Origin: Verrucomicrobiota bacterium
Lineage (GTDB): Bacteria; Verrucomicrobiota; Verrucomicrobiia; Limisphaerales; CANJXF01
NCBI GenBank assembly: GCA_039916145.1
Contig: JBDSLX010000265.1
Coordinates: forward strand, 1 to 31,241
Direction of reading: 5' to 3'
Length of the DNA: 31,241 nt
Each line of letters opens with the position of its first letter. Positions within the stretch are counted from its first letter, which is position 1. The notes under the pieces were generated by a model. The model was not told the DNA's origin and made no database searches. It saw nothing but the letters and a program-made list of their open reading frames with translations. The position numbers and the translations under genes were made by a program. This document shows positions 15,912-24,347 of the stretch, in pieces.

Positions 15912-17117
15912 TCAGGAATTCGGAACCAGATTCGCCGCAACATCCGTGAGATACGCTTTGAACGCCGGAACAATTCCAGCCAGCGCGCTCAACGCAATAA
16001 TTCCCAACGGCGCAAAAATCATCACCGGATGGAAGGCAAATGGATCCAGCACCACGCCGGTTTGCGCGCGAATGATTTGCGCAACGACGCTCAGCACGAC
16101 GAAATAAATCGCAAACGCGATGCACATTCCCAGAGCGGAAATCGACATCGCTTCCAGCACGACAGAAAAAAATATCAGCCGTCGTTTTGCTCCGAGTGCG
16201 CGCAGAATGGCGATTTCCCGTCGCCGTTCGTTCATCGAATTATAAATACTCGCGAGAATCGAAGCCGCCGCCACAACGGCGACGAGATACGCGACCAACG
16301 CCAACACGCGATCAAACCAACTCACTTTATCGAGCAGTTGCGCCATGATCGTTCCGATGGGCCAGGCGAGCGTCAGTCGATTTCCCTGCTGATTGTATTT
16401 CATCTGCAAAAGTTTTCCGGCAATCGGGCTTTTAAATTTCACCAGAACAGCGCTGACTTCAGTCGAGGCTTTTTCGGTGTGGCCGCTCATGTTTTGCAAA
16501 CCTTCGAGCGGGATCCAGATCACGCGATCCGCAGGCGTATTCGACGGTTTTAAAATTCCGACAACGGTGTAGGTCTCGGCGTGCTGCTCCTTTTCGTTGA
16601 ACGTCAGCCCATGATACGGGTGAAATTCGTCGCCGAGTTTTATTTTCAATTGTTGCGCGGCGAAACTTCCAACCACCGCTTCCTGATACCCGGGTTGAAA
16701 AAAACTTCCTCCGTTTTCGACATGATAAGTTTTTCCTGAAGCGTATTCGTTATTCGTAAACATTTCCGGTGTCGTGCCGACGAGCCGATAGCCGCGATAG
16801 TTGTCGCCAACGGATATCGGAACCGCGAGCGCGACATTTGGATCAGCTTTAATGTCCAAAAAATCCTGCCACTCGATATTTCCCGGCGACGCTTCCATGT
16901 GAAAAATGGAATTGAGCACCAGTTGGAGTTGCGAACTGCGGGCGCCAAGCACCGCATCAAACCCGCCGTTGATTTGCGTAAACGTTTTTTGCGCCTGAGA
17001 TTTCACGACCCAAACGGAAATCAGCAACCCACCCGCCAGCGCAATCGAACACGCTGTCACCAGCGTCGAGAGCAAATGTTGCCGCAAACTTTTGAAAACA
17101 ATTCGCCAGATATTCAT
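15912..17117 (-). CDS. ABC transporter permease, MacB-PCD/FtsX family
   Basis: N-terminal TM, a large periplasmic domain and three C-terminal TMs; ERRREIAILRALGA motif. Confidence 0.92.
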   Translation of the reverse strand: MNIWRIVFKSLRQHLLSTLVTACSIALAGGLLISVWVVKSQAQKTFTQINGGFDAVLGARSSQLQLVLNSIFHMEASPGNIEWQDFLDIKADPNVALAVPISVGDNYRGYRLVGTTPEMFTNNEYASGKTYHVENGGSFFQPGYQEAVVGSFAAQQLKIKLGDEFHPYHGLTFNEKEQHAETYTVVGILKPSNTPADRVIWIPLEGLQNMSGHTEKASTEVSAVLVKFKSPIAGKLLQMKYNQQGNRLTLAWPIGTIMAQLLDKVSWFDRVLALVAYLVAVVAAASILASIYNSMNERRREIAILRALGAKRRLIFFSVVLEAMSISALGMCIAFAIYFVVLSVVAQIIRAQTGVVLDPFAFHPVMIFAPLGIIALSALAGIVPAFKAYLTDVAANLVPNS

Positions 17118-17148
17118 GTGAAGATTTCGATTCGCGAATTTTAAAAAT

Positions 17149-17206
17149 GTTGGAGCTCAAGCTTTAGCTTGTTCCGCGCACATCAAGCTAAAGCTTGAAC
17201 TCCAAC
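17149..17206. repeat. REP doublet of the same family as the inner element at 15824
   Basis: GTTGGAGCTCAAGCTTTAGCTTG, 12-nt spacer, CAAGCTAAAGCTTGAACTCCAAC. Confidence 0.9.
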
Positions 17207-17871
17207 TTTTCCGCAACTCGATTTAATTTCTCCAAATCAAACACAGTTTCAAATTCCGCCAAAACTTCGCGATCGTGGCTGACGAGCAAAAGCGCCGCGC
17301 CGTTTTCGCGACACCCTTCGCGAATCAGCTTCAAGGATTCACGCGAATTTTGGTAATCGAGATTCCCGGTTGGCTCGTCCGCGAGGACAAGTTTCGGGCG
17401 GTTGGCGAGAGCGCGTGCGACCGCGACACGCTGCTGTTGGCCGGTGGAAAGTTGTCGCGGATAATGTTTCAGCTTTTCGGAAAGCCCGACTCGTTTCAGC
17501 AAAGCGAGCGCAAATTCATGATCAACGCCGGGACCAAACGACATGCCGAGCAAAACATTTTCGAGAGCGGTGTAGCCTTGCAGCAAATTGAAGGTTTGAA
17601 AAATGTAGCCGATGGATTCGGCGCGAAGCCGGTCGCGCTGTGGTTCGTTCAGCGTGGAAATTTTATGTCCTGAGATGGAAATTTCTCCTGAATCCGGTTT
17701 AAGAATTCCCGCAATAAGATTGAGCAACGTGGTTTTTCCCGAACCACTTTCACCACGTAACGCAACTTGCGCTTTTTCCTCCAGAGAAAATTTTGGAACG
17801 TCTATGACGGTGTGAATCGAACCATCCGGGGCGCGAAAAGTTTTTTTCAGTTCTGAAATTTCCAGCAACAT
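17188..17871 (-). CDS. ABC transporter ATP-binding protein (LolD/MacB-like)
   Basis: Walker [10 protein letters not shown]-loop IFQ, signature [19 protein letters not shown] and H-loop VSHD. Confidence 0.95.
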   Translation of the reverse strand: MLLEISELKKTFRAPDGSIHTVIDVPKFSLEEKAQVALRGESGSGKTTLLNLIAGILKPDSGEISISGHKISTLNEPQRDRLRAESIGYIFQTFNLLQGYTALENVLLGMSFGPGVDHEFALALLKRVGLSEKLKHYPRQLSTGQQQRVAVARALANRPKLVLADEPTGNLDYQNSRESLKLIREGCRENGAALLLVSHDREVLAEFETVFDLEKLNRVAEKLEFKL

Positions 17872-17976
17872 GACGCCCTCACCTTACCCGCTGTACCCGG
17901 TCAGATGCAATTGATGCGTGTGGATGGCAAATCTGGCAATGGACTTTATGAGTTGCTAATACCAAGAACCGCCATT

Positions 17977-18033
17977 CTTGACCGACCCCTTTATGTCGGT
18001 AAAGCTTACGTAAGCCTGTCGGTAAAGCTTGCG
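17977..18033 (+). promoter_or_regulatory. Repeated operator/enhancer-like sites upstream of the PEP-CTERM gene
   Basis: TGTCGGTAAAGCTT occurs at 17994-18007 and 18017-18030. A third, inverted near-copy (CTTGACCGAC) lies at 17977-17986. Confidence 0.55.
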
Positions 18034-18129
18034 CTTTCATGCCTTGCAACTAACGATGTAAATTTACTTAGAAATAAAAGTTATTGAAATCCAGTAAGTT
18101 ACGACAGGGTTAGTAAATTTTTGAATAAG

Positions 18130-18145
18130 TGGCATTCAACTGGCT
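18130..18145 (+). promoter_or_regulatory. Candidate sigma54 -24/-12 promoter
   Basis: TGGCATTCAACTGGCT has canonical GG-N10-GC spacing but TGGC rather than TTGC at -12; it lies about 40 nt before ATG 18186. Confidence 0.4.
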
Positions 18146-18185
18146 ACGGGAGCTCTGTTCAAATCATTCAAGCCAAAAACAAAAT

Positions 18186-18974
18186 ATGAAACAAACATTC
18201 CTTACAATCTTGGCGATTTCTGCCCTTGCTGTTCCATTCTCTGGAAAAGCAGTAAACATCATGCCCGATTATTCTACGGTTCCCGCCGGTTGGACTACTG
18301 ACCGTTATGAACCGACCTCTTTCAGTAACGTGGGATCTTTCGCGGGACGGAGCGATGTGTTGGGTATTGAAATTACCTCTGCTGGAAATTTGTTGAATCG
18401 CCCAGCAGCGTATCAAAGCTCATTTTACAACACGCAGGGACGGCAACACGCATTGATAGGGGGATCTGGTTCAAGTATTGCAGCAGATCTTTATATTCCA
18501 TCATCTTGGAGCGATCCATCGCAAGGAAGCATCCGCTCCGACATGTGGGGTGTTATGACTGATGGCGCGGCGGTTACCAGCTATCCGATTCTTGGATTTA
18601 CCACTTACGGCGGTGCTTCTCGTTTTCGGTACTGGGACAACGCTGGAGGAAGTTGGGTGGATTTAGCAGCGTCGGTCAATTATGATGGTTGGAATTCCCT
18701 TTCCATCGATTTCACTGGCACCACGTTTGAATATTATATCAATGGATCGCTTGTGGGTACGGATGGGGCAATTGGTGGTGGAACCACCGGATTTCAAGCG
18801 GTTATCATGCAAGCCTATAATTTCGCCGACCCCGCTATTTCGGGTGCCGTCAATGTTGACTATACCGCGCATTGGTCCAATACCCAAAGCGTTCCTGATG
18901 CAGGTTCGACGCTTGCGCTGATGGGAGTCGCTTGCGCCAGCATCGCTGGATTGCGCCGTAAGTTCAATGCTTAA
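18186..18974 (+). CDS. PEP-CTERM (VPDSG-CTERM type) exosortase-target surface protein
   Basis: Signal peptide MKQTFLTILAISALAVPFSGKA; Ser/Thr/Gly-rich beta-sandwich-like body; C-terminal VPDAGSTLALMGVACASIAGLRRKF. Confidence 0.92.
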   Translation: MKQTFLTILAISALAVPFSGKAVNIMPDYSTVPAGWTTDRYEPTSFSNVGSFAGRSDVLGIEITSAGNLLNRPAAYQSSFYNTQGRQHALIGGSGSSIAADLYIPSSWSDPSQGSIRSDMWGVMTDGAAVTSYPILGFTTYGGASRFRYWDNAGGSWVDLAASVNYDGWNSLSIDFTGTTFEYYINGSLVGTDGAIGGGTTGFQAVIMQAYNFADPAISGAVNVDYTAHWSNTQSVPDAGSTLALMGVACASIAGLRRKFNA

Positions 18975-19000
18975 TCCGCATTTTGGATCAGTTTAAACGA

Positions 19001-19030
19001 GGGCCGGAGAATTCCGGCCCTTTTTTGTTT
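19001..19030 (+). terminator. Rho-independent terminator after the PEP-CTERM gene
   Basis: GGGCCGGA-GAAT-TCCGGCCC followed by TTTTTTGTTT. Confidence 0.88.
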
Positions 19031-19257
19031 TCCGGGGATTGTTGGGGCGCGCGTCCCGCCGCCCGGAAAAAACGTTACTGCACTGAGGCGCACAAAAATT
19101 TACTGATAGGAAATTGCTTTTTTGACGCTGGGCGGTTCAGTTGGAACGGTGATGCGCGTAAAGTGGGCGGTTTTGGTATTGGCTCCTCTTACAAACAATC
19201 CTTTTTTCGATTCAGCGAAAATCGTTTTGCACTTCTCTCGGAAGTGAGGGCGAGCGT

Positions 19258-20250
19258 TCACGGTTTGGATTTGATCTCTGCTTCCGCTTTTTTCATCACA
19301 TCGCTGATTTTCACTGTGGAACCGCCTTGCCGTTTGCTTTCGTCCGCCGCTTCCATGAACGCAAAAATCTCAATCGTTTCTTCTGAGGAAACGGGCGCGA
19401 CGCCGGTTTGGAAAAATTTCATCACTTCGCGTAAAAACGGCGTGTAATCGCCTCCGGGTTTTTGGTCCAGGACGGCTTTGCTTCCAAAAAGCGTCACCCG
19501 ATATGGCTCAACTCCATTTCGCAATCCGCGAAGCGTTCCAACTTTTCCACCTTTCCAGACGCCAGTTACAACATCGGTATCCGGCGTCGAAGTGCGCACA
19601 ACGGATTCGCAACCAGTTCCCATGATGGTGAACAACGATTCCGTGGGATGAATTCCGTACCAAAACAGATCGGGATGATGCGGCTCAAGATGCGCCGGGC
19701 CGGTGGAAATCGCCCCTTTGATCTCGCCGACATTTGCGTTTTTCAATTCAACAAGTCCGGGATAATAACGCAGCGACGACGCGCTAAAACACGGCACGTT
19801 ACTTTCTTTGGCGAGCCGAAAAATTTGGATTGCGTCGGCGAGACTTCCGGCGAGCGGTTTGTCGATGAAGATTGGTTTCTTCGCTTTGAAAACCGGAATG
19901 GCCTGCTGCAAATGCGGACGTCCATCGACGCTCTCCAACATCACGACGTCGACCTGTTCGCAAAGTTCCTCAATCGTATCGACGATTTTTACACCGTACG
20001 TTTCCTGCAACTGTTTGGTGTAGCCTTCGACGCGCGACCAACTTCCTTCGATGTCTTTGCTTCCGCCTTTAAAAGCCGCGACCACTTTTCCGCCGGGAAT
20101 ATAATTTTTATCATTCGCATCATTGAATCGGCGCGTGAACTCAATGCAATGTGAGGTATCCAAACCAATCATACCGATGCGAAGTTCCGCAGAAAAACTT
20201 TGTGCGCTTAACGCGAGCAGGAAAGACCAGAAGATTAAAAATGTTTTCAT
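19258..20250 (-). CDS. Exported Gfo/Idh/MocA-family oxidoreductase
   Basis: Signal peptide, IGMIGLDTSH, PIFIDKPLA, FSASSLRY and LFWYGIH. Confidence 0.88.
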   Translation of the reverse strand: MKTFLIFWSFLLALSAQSFSAELRIGMIGLDTSHCIEFTRRFNDANDKNYIPGGKVVAAFKGGSKDIEGSWSRVEGYTKQLQETYGVKIVDTIEELCEQVDVVMLESVDGRPHLQQAIPVFKAKKPIFIDKPLAGSLADAIQIFRLAKESNVPCFSASSLRYYPGLVELKNANVGEIKGAISTGPAHLEPHHPDLFWYGIHPTESLFTIMGTGCESVVRTSTPDTDVVTGVWKGGKVGTLRGLRNGVEPYRVTLFGSKAVLDQKPGGDYTPFLREVMKFFQTGVAPVSSEETIEIFAFMEAADESKRQGGSTVKISDVMKKAEAEIKSKP

Positions 20251-20387
20251 AATTTCTGCACCATGGTTTGCGTCGCTACGCTAACGAAGGAATTTTCGGC
20301 GCGAAAGGAATTATTTTATTTTGCGCGTTATTCCCTTGGTAAAATGCTTGCCGATGGTGGAGACACGCTCGCCATACTCCTATGCTT

Positions 20388-21443
20388 TCACAACCCGATT
20401 ACATTTAAGACGGCAAAATAAATCCAATGCCCGAAATCGTTTGGGTGATTGATGTTGTTGGCGAGCAGGTCTTCCGGTTTTTTCTTCGATTCAAGGGCGA
20501 GCCAGTTGTGATAGACGTCGGCAAAGGCGCAACGTTTTTCTCGCGCCAATTGCTCGGTTGCGAGCGCGTAGGCTTCCATGTTGTGTGAACCGTAATGCCA
20601 TTTCGGATTGGGTGGGAACGTCGAGTAGAGAATAATTTCCGCGCTAGTTTCTTTGCGGATGCGGTCGATCATCGTCGCGAGGTTATTGGTAAAAGTCACG
20701 AACGGCGTGCCGAATCCGGCGACGTTGTGGTCGTTCATGCCAAAGCCAATCAGGACAAGGTCGGGACTCCGGTTAAGAACCTTCTCCTGCAACCGCGCCA
20801 GACCTTCGCCCGTGCGATCGCCGCCGGTCGCACCGTTGATCGCTTCGATTTTTGCGCGGGGATATTTCTGCTGCAGCATATCGGCCCAGCGTTGCCAGAA
20901 AATGAGGTTCGGTTCCGTGGCTTCACCACCCGCAGTAATGCTATCGCCGAACGCGATCATCTTCAGGTTGTCGCCGCGCTGAAGTTTCTCGCGCGTTTTG
21001 GAAAGGAACTCCACTTGCGACGGTTGTTTTTTGAGCCAATCGATTTTGTTTTTTGTTGCGTAATCGATGAAGACAAAAAAGTTATTGTTTCCAAATCCAG
21101 GAAATTTTCCGTGATCAAAATCTTCGATACCAAAGAGCAGATTCGTGCGGAAATCCGGGATGCGCGATTGCGCGGTGCGACGAATTTGTCCGCGCTCGTA
21201 GTCGATCACGAAATCGCGACCTGCTTCATAATGAATCGTTCGCGGAGGACTGTCGCGATACGTGTTGCGCACGGAGAGAGGTTTATGACGCAAGGGCGGG
21301 AAAGCCAATTGAGCAGGATTTTCGCCCACAAGCACCATGGATTCCCCGGATTGAAAATTCTTTGCGGAAGTCACAGGAAATTGCGTCGAACAACCTGCGA
21401 ACATCATCATCGCAATTGTATTTATAACAAAGAAAGCCTTCAT
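20388..21443 (-). CDS. SGNH/GDSL-family hydrolase, probable lipoprotein
   Basis: Lipobox-like FAGC; blocks FGDSIT, GATGG, GFGMND and NINHP. Confidence 0.85.
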   Translation of the reverse strand: MKAFFVINTIAMMMFAGCSTQFPVTSAKNFQSGESMVLVGENPAQLAFPPLRHKPLSVRNTYRDSPPRTIHYEAGRDFVIDYERGQIRRTAQSRIPDFRTNLLFGIEDFDHGKFPGFGNNNFFVFIDYATKNKIDWLKKQPSQVEFLSKTREKLQRGDNLKMIAFGDSITAGGEATEPNLIFWQRWADMLQQKYPRAKIEAINGATGGDRTGEGLARLQEKVLNRSPDLVLIGFGMNDHNVAGFGTPFVTFTNNLATMIDRIRKETSAEIILYSTFPPNPKWHYGSHNMEAYALATEQLAREKRCAFADVYHNWLALESKKKPEDLLANNINHPNDFGHWIYFAVLNVIGL

Positions 21444-21446
21444 GCG

Positions 21447-22211
21447 TTAACGCGATGCACTTGCTGCTGTTCCCGAAACCCAGCGCACAGCAGAAGGAAT
21501 CAAATCGTCCATGCCGCGGGTTTGTTCGGGATGCGGACTGGAAAACAGCACTCGACCTTTTCCATAAGAGCCGCGCGCCAGCGCCGGAGAATCGATCATT
21601 ACTCCTTCAGGTGTTCCGTTTTTCGCCAACTCCGTGCGGAAAAATGCGAGCGATTCGTACGCAGGAATATCTTTTTCGTCACCGGGTTGAATGACCGGTC
21701 CATTAGCGTAAAGCACGTCGCGTTTTCCTGAAGGCAAACTTGTGAGCGACGCGCCTTTTGAATTGATTTCAATTTCCACATCGCCTGTGCCCCGCGCCCA
21801 CTTCGACGAAACCGGTTTGGCATTCAGCACGCCAACGCCCCAACTGTAACCGGAACAAGCGAGATAAGCTCCGGCGCAAATACCGATGTAACCGCCGCCT
21901 TCGCGAACGAATCGTCGCACTTCTCCCCGCCCCTTTTCGCCGAGCGATGCCGCCTGTTTGCTGCCGCTGCCGCCCGTGAAAATCACCACGTCGAAATTTG
22001 TGAGAACGCCCGCCGCAATTTCGTTCCCGCTCAAAAGAGTCACTTGAATGTCGTCGGTTTTTCCCAGTAATTCCGTCACCCGCGGAACGCCTTTACCAGC
22101 CACGCCCGCATCTTTGAAAAGTCCCACTCGAATAGTTTTGCTGTGAGCACAACCAACGCACTGAACCGCGAGCGCGATTGTCGCGAGAAAGCGGAAAAAG
22201 TTTTTTGGCAT
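21447..22211 (-). CDS. Exported stand-alone BPL-N (class I glutamine-amidotransferase-like) domain protein
   Basis: FTGGSGS, FVREGGGYIGICAGAY and SSPHPE motifs; signal peptide/lipobox-like VGC. Start placed at ATG 22211 because ATG 22223 lies inside the -10 box. Confidence 0.8.
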   Translation of the reverse strand: MPKNFFRFLATIALAVQCVGCAHSKTIRVGLFKDAGVAGKGVPRVTELLGKTDDIQVTLLSGNEIAAGVLTNFDVVIFTGGSGSKQAASLGEKGRGEVRRFVREGGGYIGICAGAYLACSGYSWGVGVLNAKPVSSKWARGTGDVEIEINSKGASLTSLPSGKRDVLYANGPVIQPGDEKDIPAYESLAFFRTELAKNGTPEGVMIDSPALARGSYGKGRVLFSSPHPEQTRGMDDLIPSAVRWVSGTAASASR

Positions 22212-22218
22212 GAAACCG

Positions 22219-22247
22219 ATCATACCCCCACATCAATCCTGCAGCAA
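22219..22247 (-). promoter_or_regulatory. Sigma70-type promoter 7 nt before the BPL-N ATG
   Basis: TTGCTG, 17-nt spacer, TATGAT, 7 nt, ATG. Confidence 0.6.
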
Positions 22248-22302
22248 TGTAAACACGATGAAACGCGATTCGTGGCGCCAATGAAGAATCCGTTGTTGAT
22301 GT

Positions 22303-22331
22303 TTGAGGATTCAATCTGACTCCGTTAGAGT
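22303..22331 (+). promoter_or_regulatory. Sigma70-type promoter for the SDR gene
   Basis: TTGAGG, 17-nt spacer, TAGAGT; 9 nt before GTG 22341. Confidence 0.5.
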
Positions 22332-22340
22332 TCCGGTCTG

Positions 22341-23903
22341 GTGAATTCAAAGAACATTGTTGCGCTGATGGCCGAGGCAAACGGCTCCGCCCTGAAGGAG
22401 CGACTGAAAACCGCGACGGAATTGCTCGAAGCCGTGGCGAACAATCGCGCGTTGCTTGCGGGAGTTTCGGAAGAAGAACGAACGCGTTTGCTTCAAGCGG
22501 CGGGACAGGTTTCGCGTCCCGATGCGGTTGACCGGCGGCGTCTGCGCAAAGCTCAACTTCGCCAGCGTGACGCAGAACGACTGCATCGCGATCAAAGCGT
22601 GCTAAACAAAACTGGCATTCGGGTGTTGCGCAAAAAGCCGGTGTTCACCACGCCGAATGTTTATCCGCCGCTCGGATTTGAGCAGAAGGAAATTAAAGAT
22701 GATCCTGACTTTCGCGAAGTGGTCGAGCCGCAGAATTGTTACATCTGCAAAAAGGATTATTCAACGATTCACCATTTCTACGATCAGCTTTGTCTGAGTT
22801 GTGCCGAACTAAATTTTCGCAAGAGGAGTGAACTGGCGGATCTGCGCGGCCGAGTTGCGCTGCTCACTGGCGGGCGTGTGAAAATTGGTTATCAAGCGGG
22901 GATAAAATTATTGCGAGCTGGCGCGCAACTTATCGTCACGACGCGATTTCCGCGCGACTCGGCGACGCGTTATGCGAAGGAGCCAGACTTCGAACAATGG
23001 AAGGATCATTTGGAAATTTTTGGACTCGATCTGCGCCACACGCCGAGCGTGGAAGCATTTTGTCGGCATTTATTGAAAACACACAACCGTTTGGATTTTA
23101 TCATCAACAACGCCTGCCAAACTGTGCGGCGTCCGCCAGATTTTTACGAACACATGATGGCGTGTGAAAGCGCATCGTTGAACGAGATGCCGGAGAACGT
23201 ACGGCGATTGCTCGGCGCGTATGAAGGCTTGCGTGGCTATCACATGTTGCCCGAAGGAAGTTCCGCGCGGGCCGAGCGGCGTATCGCCGAAGTCGGTTTG
23301 ACCCATGCTGCAGAATTGTCGCAGGTCCCGCTTTTACCCGACGAACTCGCCGCGCAAAACGATTTATTTCCCGAAGGAAGGCTCGACCAGGATTTGCAAC
23401 AAGTCGATTTGCGCGACAGAAATTCGTGGCGTTTGATGATGGCTGACGTGCCAGCGGTCGAATTGTTGGAAGTGCATCTCATCAACGCGGTCGCGCCGTT
23501 TATTTTAAATGCGCGCTTGAAGTCGTTGATGCTGCGCACGCCGGAACGCGACAAACACATCGTCAATGTTTCAGCGGTCGAGGGACAATTTTATCGGCAG
23601 TCGAAAACGACGCGGCATCCGCACACGAACATGGCCAAGGCCGCGCTCAACATGATGACGCGCACTTCCGCGGCGGATTATCAAGCCGATGGAATTCATA
23701 TGAATGCGGTGGATACAGGTTGGGTCACGGACGAAGATCCAGTGCAAATCGCGGCGCGCAAAACTCAGGAACATCGCTTTCATCCGCCGCTGGATATTGT
23801 GGATGGCGCGGCACGGATTGTTGACCCGATCATCGCGGGTTTCAACACGGGCGAACATGTCTGGGGAAAATTTCTAAAAGATTATCAACCCACTGATTGG
23901 TAG
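22341..23903 (+). CDS. Atypical SDR-family oxidoreductase with an N-terminal CxxC...CxxC motif
   Basis: CYICK...[40 protein letters not shown] and NAVDTGW. Confidence 0.85.
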   Translation: MNSKNIVALMAEANGSALKERLKTATELLEAVANNRALLAGVSEEERTRLLQAAGQVSRPDAVDRRRLRKAQLRQRDAERLHRDQSVLNKTGIRVLRKKPVFTTPNVYPPLGFEQKEIKDDPDFREVVEPQNCYICKKDYSTIHHFYDQLCLSCAELNFRKRSELADLRGRVALLTGGRVKIGYQAGIKLLRAGAQLIVTTRFPRDSATRYAKEPDFEQWKDHLEIFGLDLRHTPSVEAFCRHLLKTHNRLDFIINNACQTVRRPPDFYEHMMACESASLNEMPENVRRLLGAYEGLRGYHMLPEGSSARAERRIAEVGLTHAAELSQVPLLPDELAAQNDLFPEGRLDQDLQQVDLRDRNSWRLMMADVPAVELLEVHLINAVAPFILNARLKSLMLRTPERDKHIVNVSAVEGQFYRQSKTTRHPHTNMAKAALNMMTRTSAADYQADGIHMNAVDTGWVTDEDPVQIAARKTQEHRFHPPLDIVDGAARIVDPIIAGFNTGEHVWGKFLKDYQPTDW

Positions 23904-23908
23904 AAATT

Positions 23909-24310
23909 ATGGCCTCACTTAAACAATTGATCGAAAAAAGTGTCGTGCAACAGCGGCAGGTCATTTCTGAAATCAACACGCTCGTGCTAGACATCGAGCG
24001 CTGTGAAAAAACCATCACCGATTTAAAGACCGAATTGGAAGCGGTGAATCTAAAACATAAAGACCGCACCACGACGCGCGAAGATATCGATTACCTCACC
24101 GATCTGCTGAAGTGCGCCAACAAAAAGCTGACCTGGGAAAAGCACATGGCCAGTTTGCAGAAACGAACTCCCGTGATTCTGGAACAAATGTCCAAGCTGA
24201 TCAATGATCCGAAAACTCCGCCTGCCGATGAAACGCGCGACGCGATGCTTAATGCTCTTCAAGGCGTGCAAGTCGCGATGGAGCGATTGCAAATGGTAAA
24301 GGTAAATTGA
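23909..24310 (+). CDS. Hypothetical helical/coiled-coil protein
   Basis: 133 aa heptad-like charged helices (EINTLVLDIERCEKTITDLKTELEAVN); starts 5 nt after the SDR stop. Confidence 0.7.
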   Translation: MASLKQLIEKSVVQQRQVISEINTLVLDIERCEKTITDLKTELEAVNLKHKDRTTTREDIDYLTDLLKCANKKLTWEKHMASLQKRTPVILEQMSKLINDPKTPPADETRDAMLNALQGVQVAMERLQMVKVN

Positions 24311-24347
24311 GTTTCACCCCGGCCCATGGCGAGTACATTTGATAGAG

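Noticed and set aside
18983-19257. Possible small ORFs or ncRNA in the 280-bp convergent gap
   Set aside because: Candidate 31-40 aa ORFs lack an RBS or motif, and no recognisable RNA structure is present beyond the terminator.
20353-20362. GATGGTGGAG, identical to 13601-13610 overlapping the tRNA 3' end (possible att duplication)
   Set aside because: Only 10 bp, on the 5' side of the tRNA (wrong side for an integrated element), and no integrase is present.
20595-21731. 378-aa plus-strand ORF spanning two minus-strand genes
   Set aside because: The two real genes share a frame (3-nt gap), so their antisense shadow runs through; no recognisable domain.
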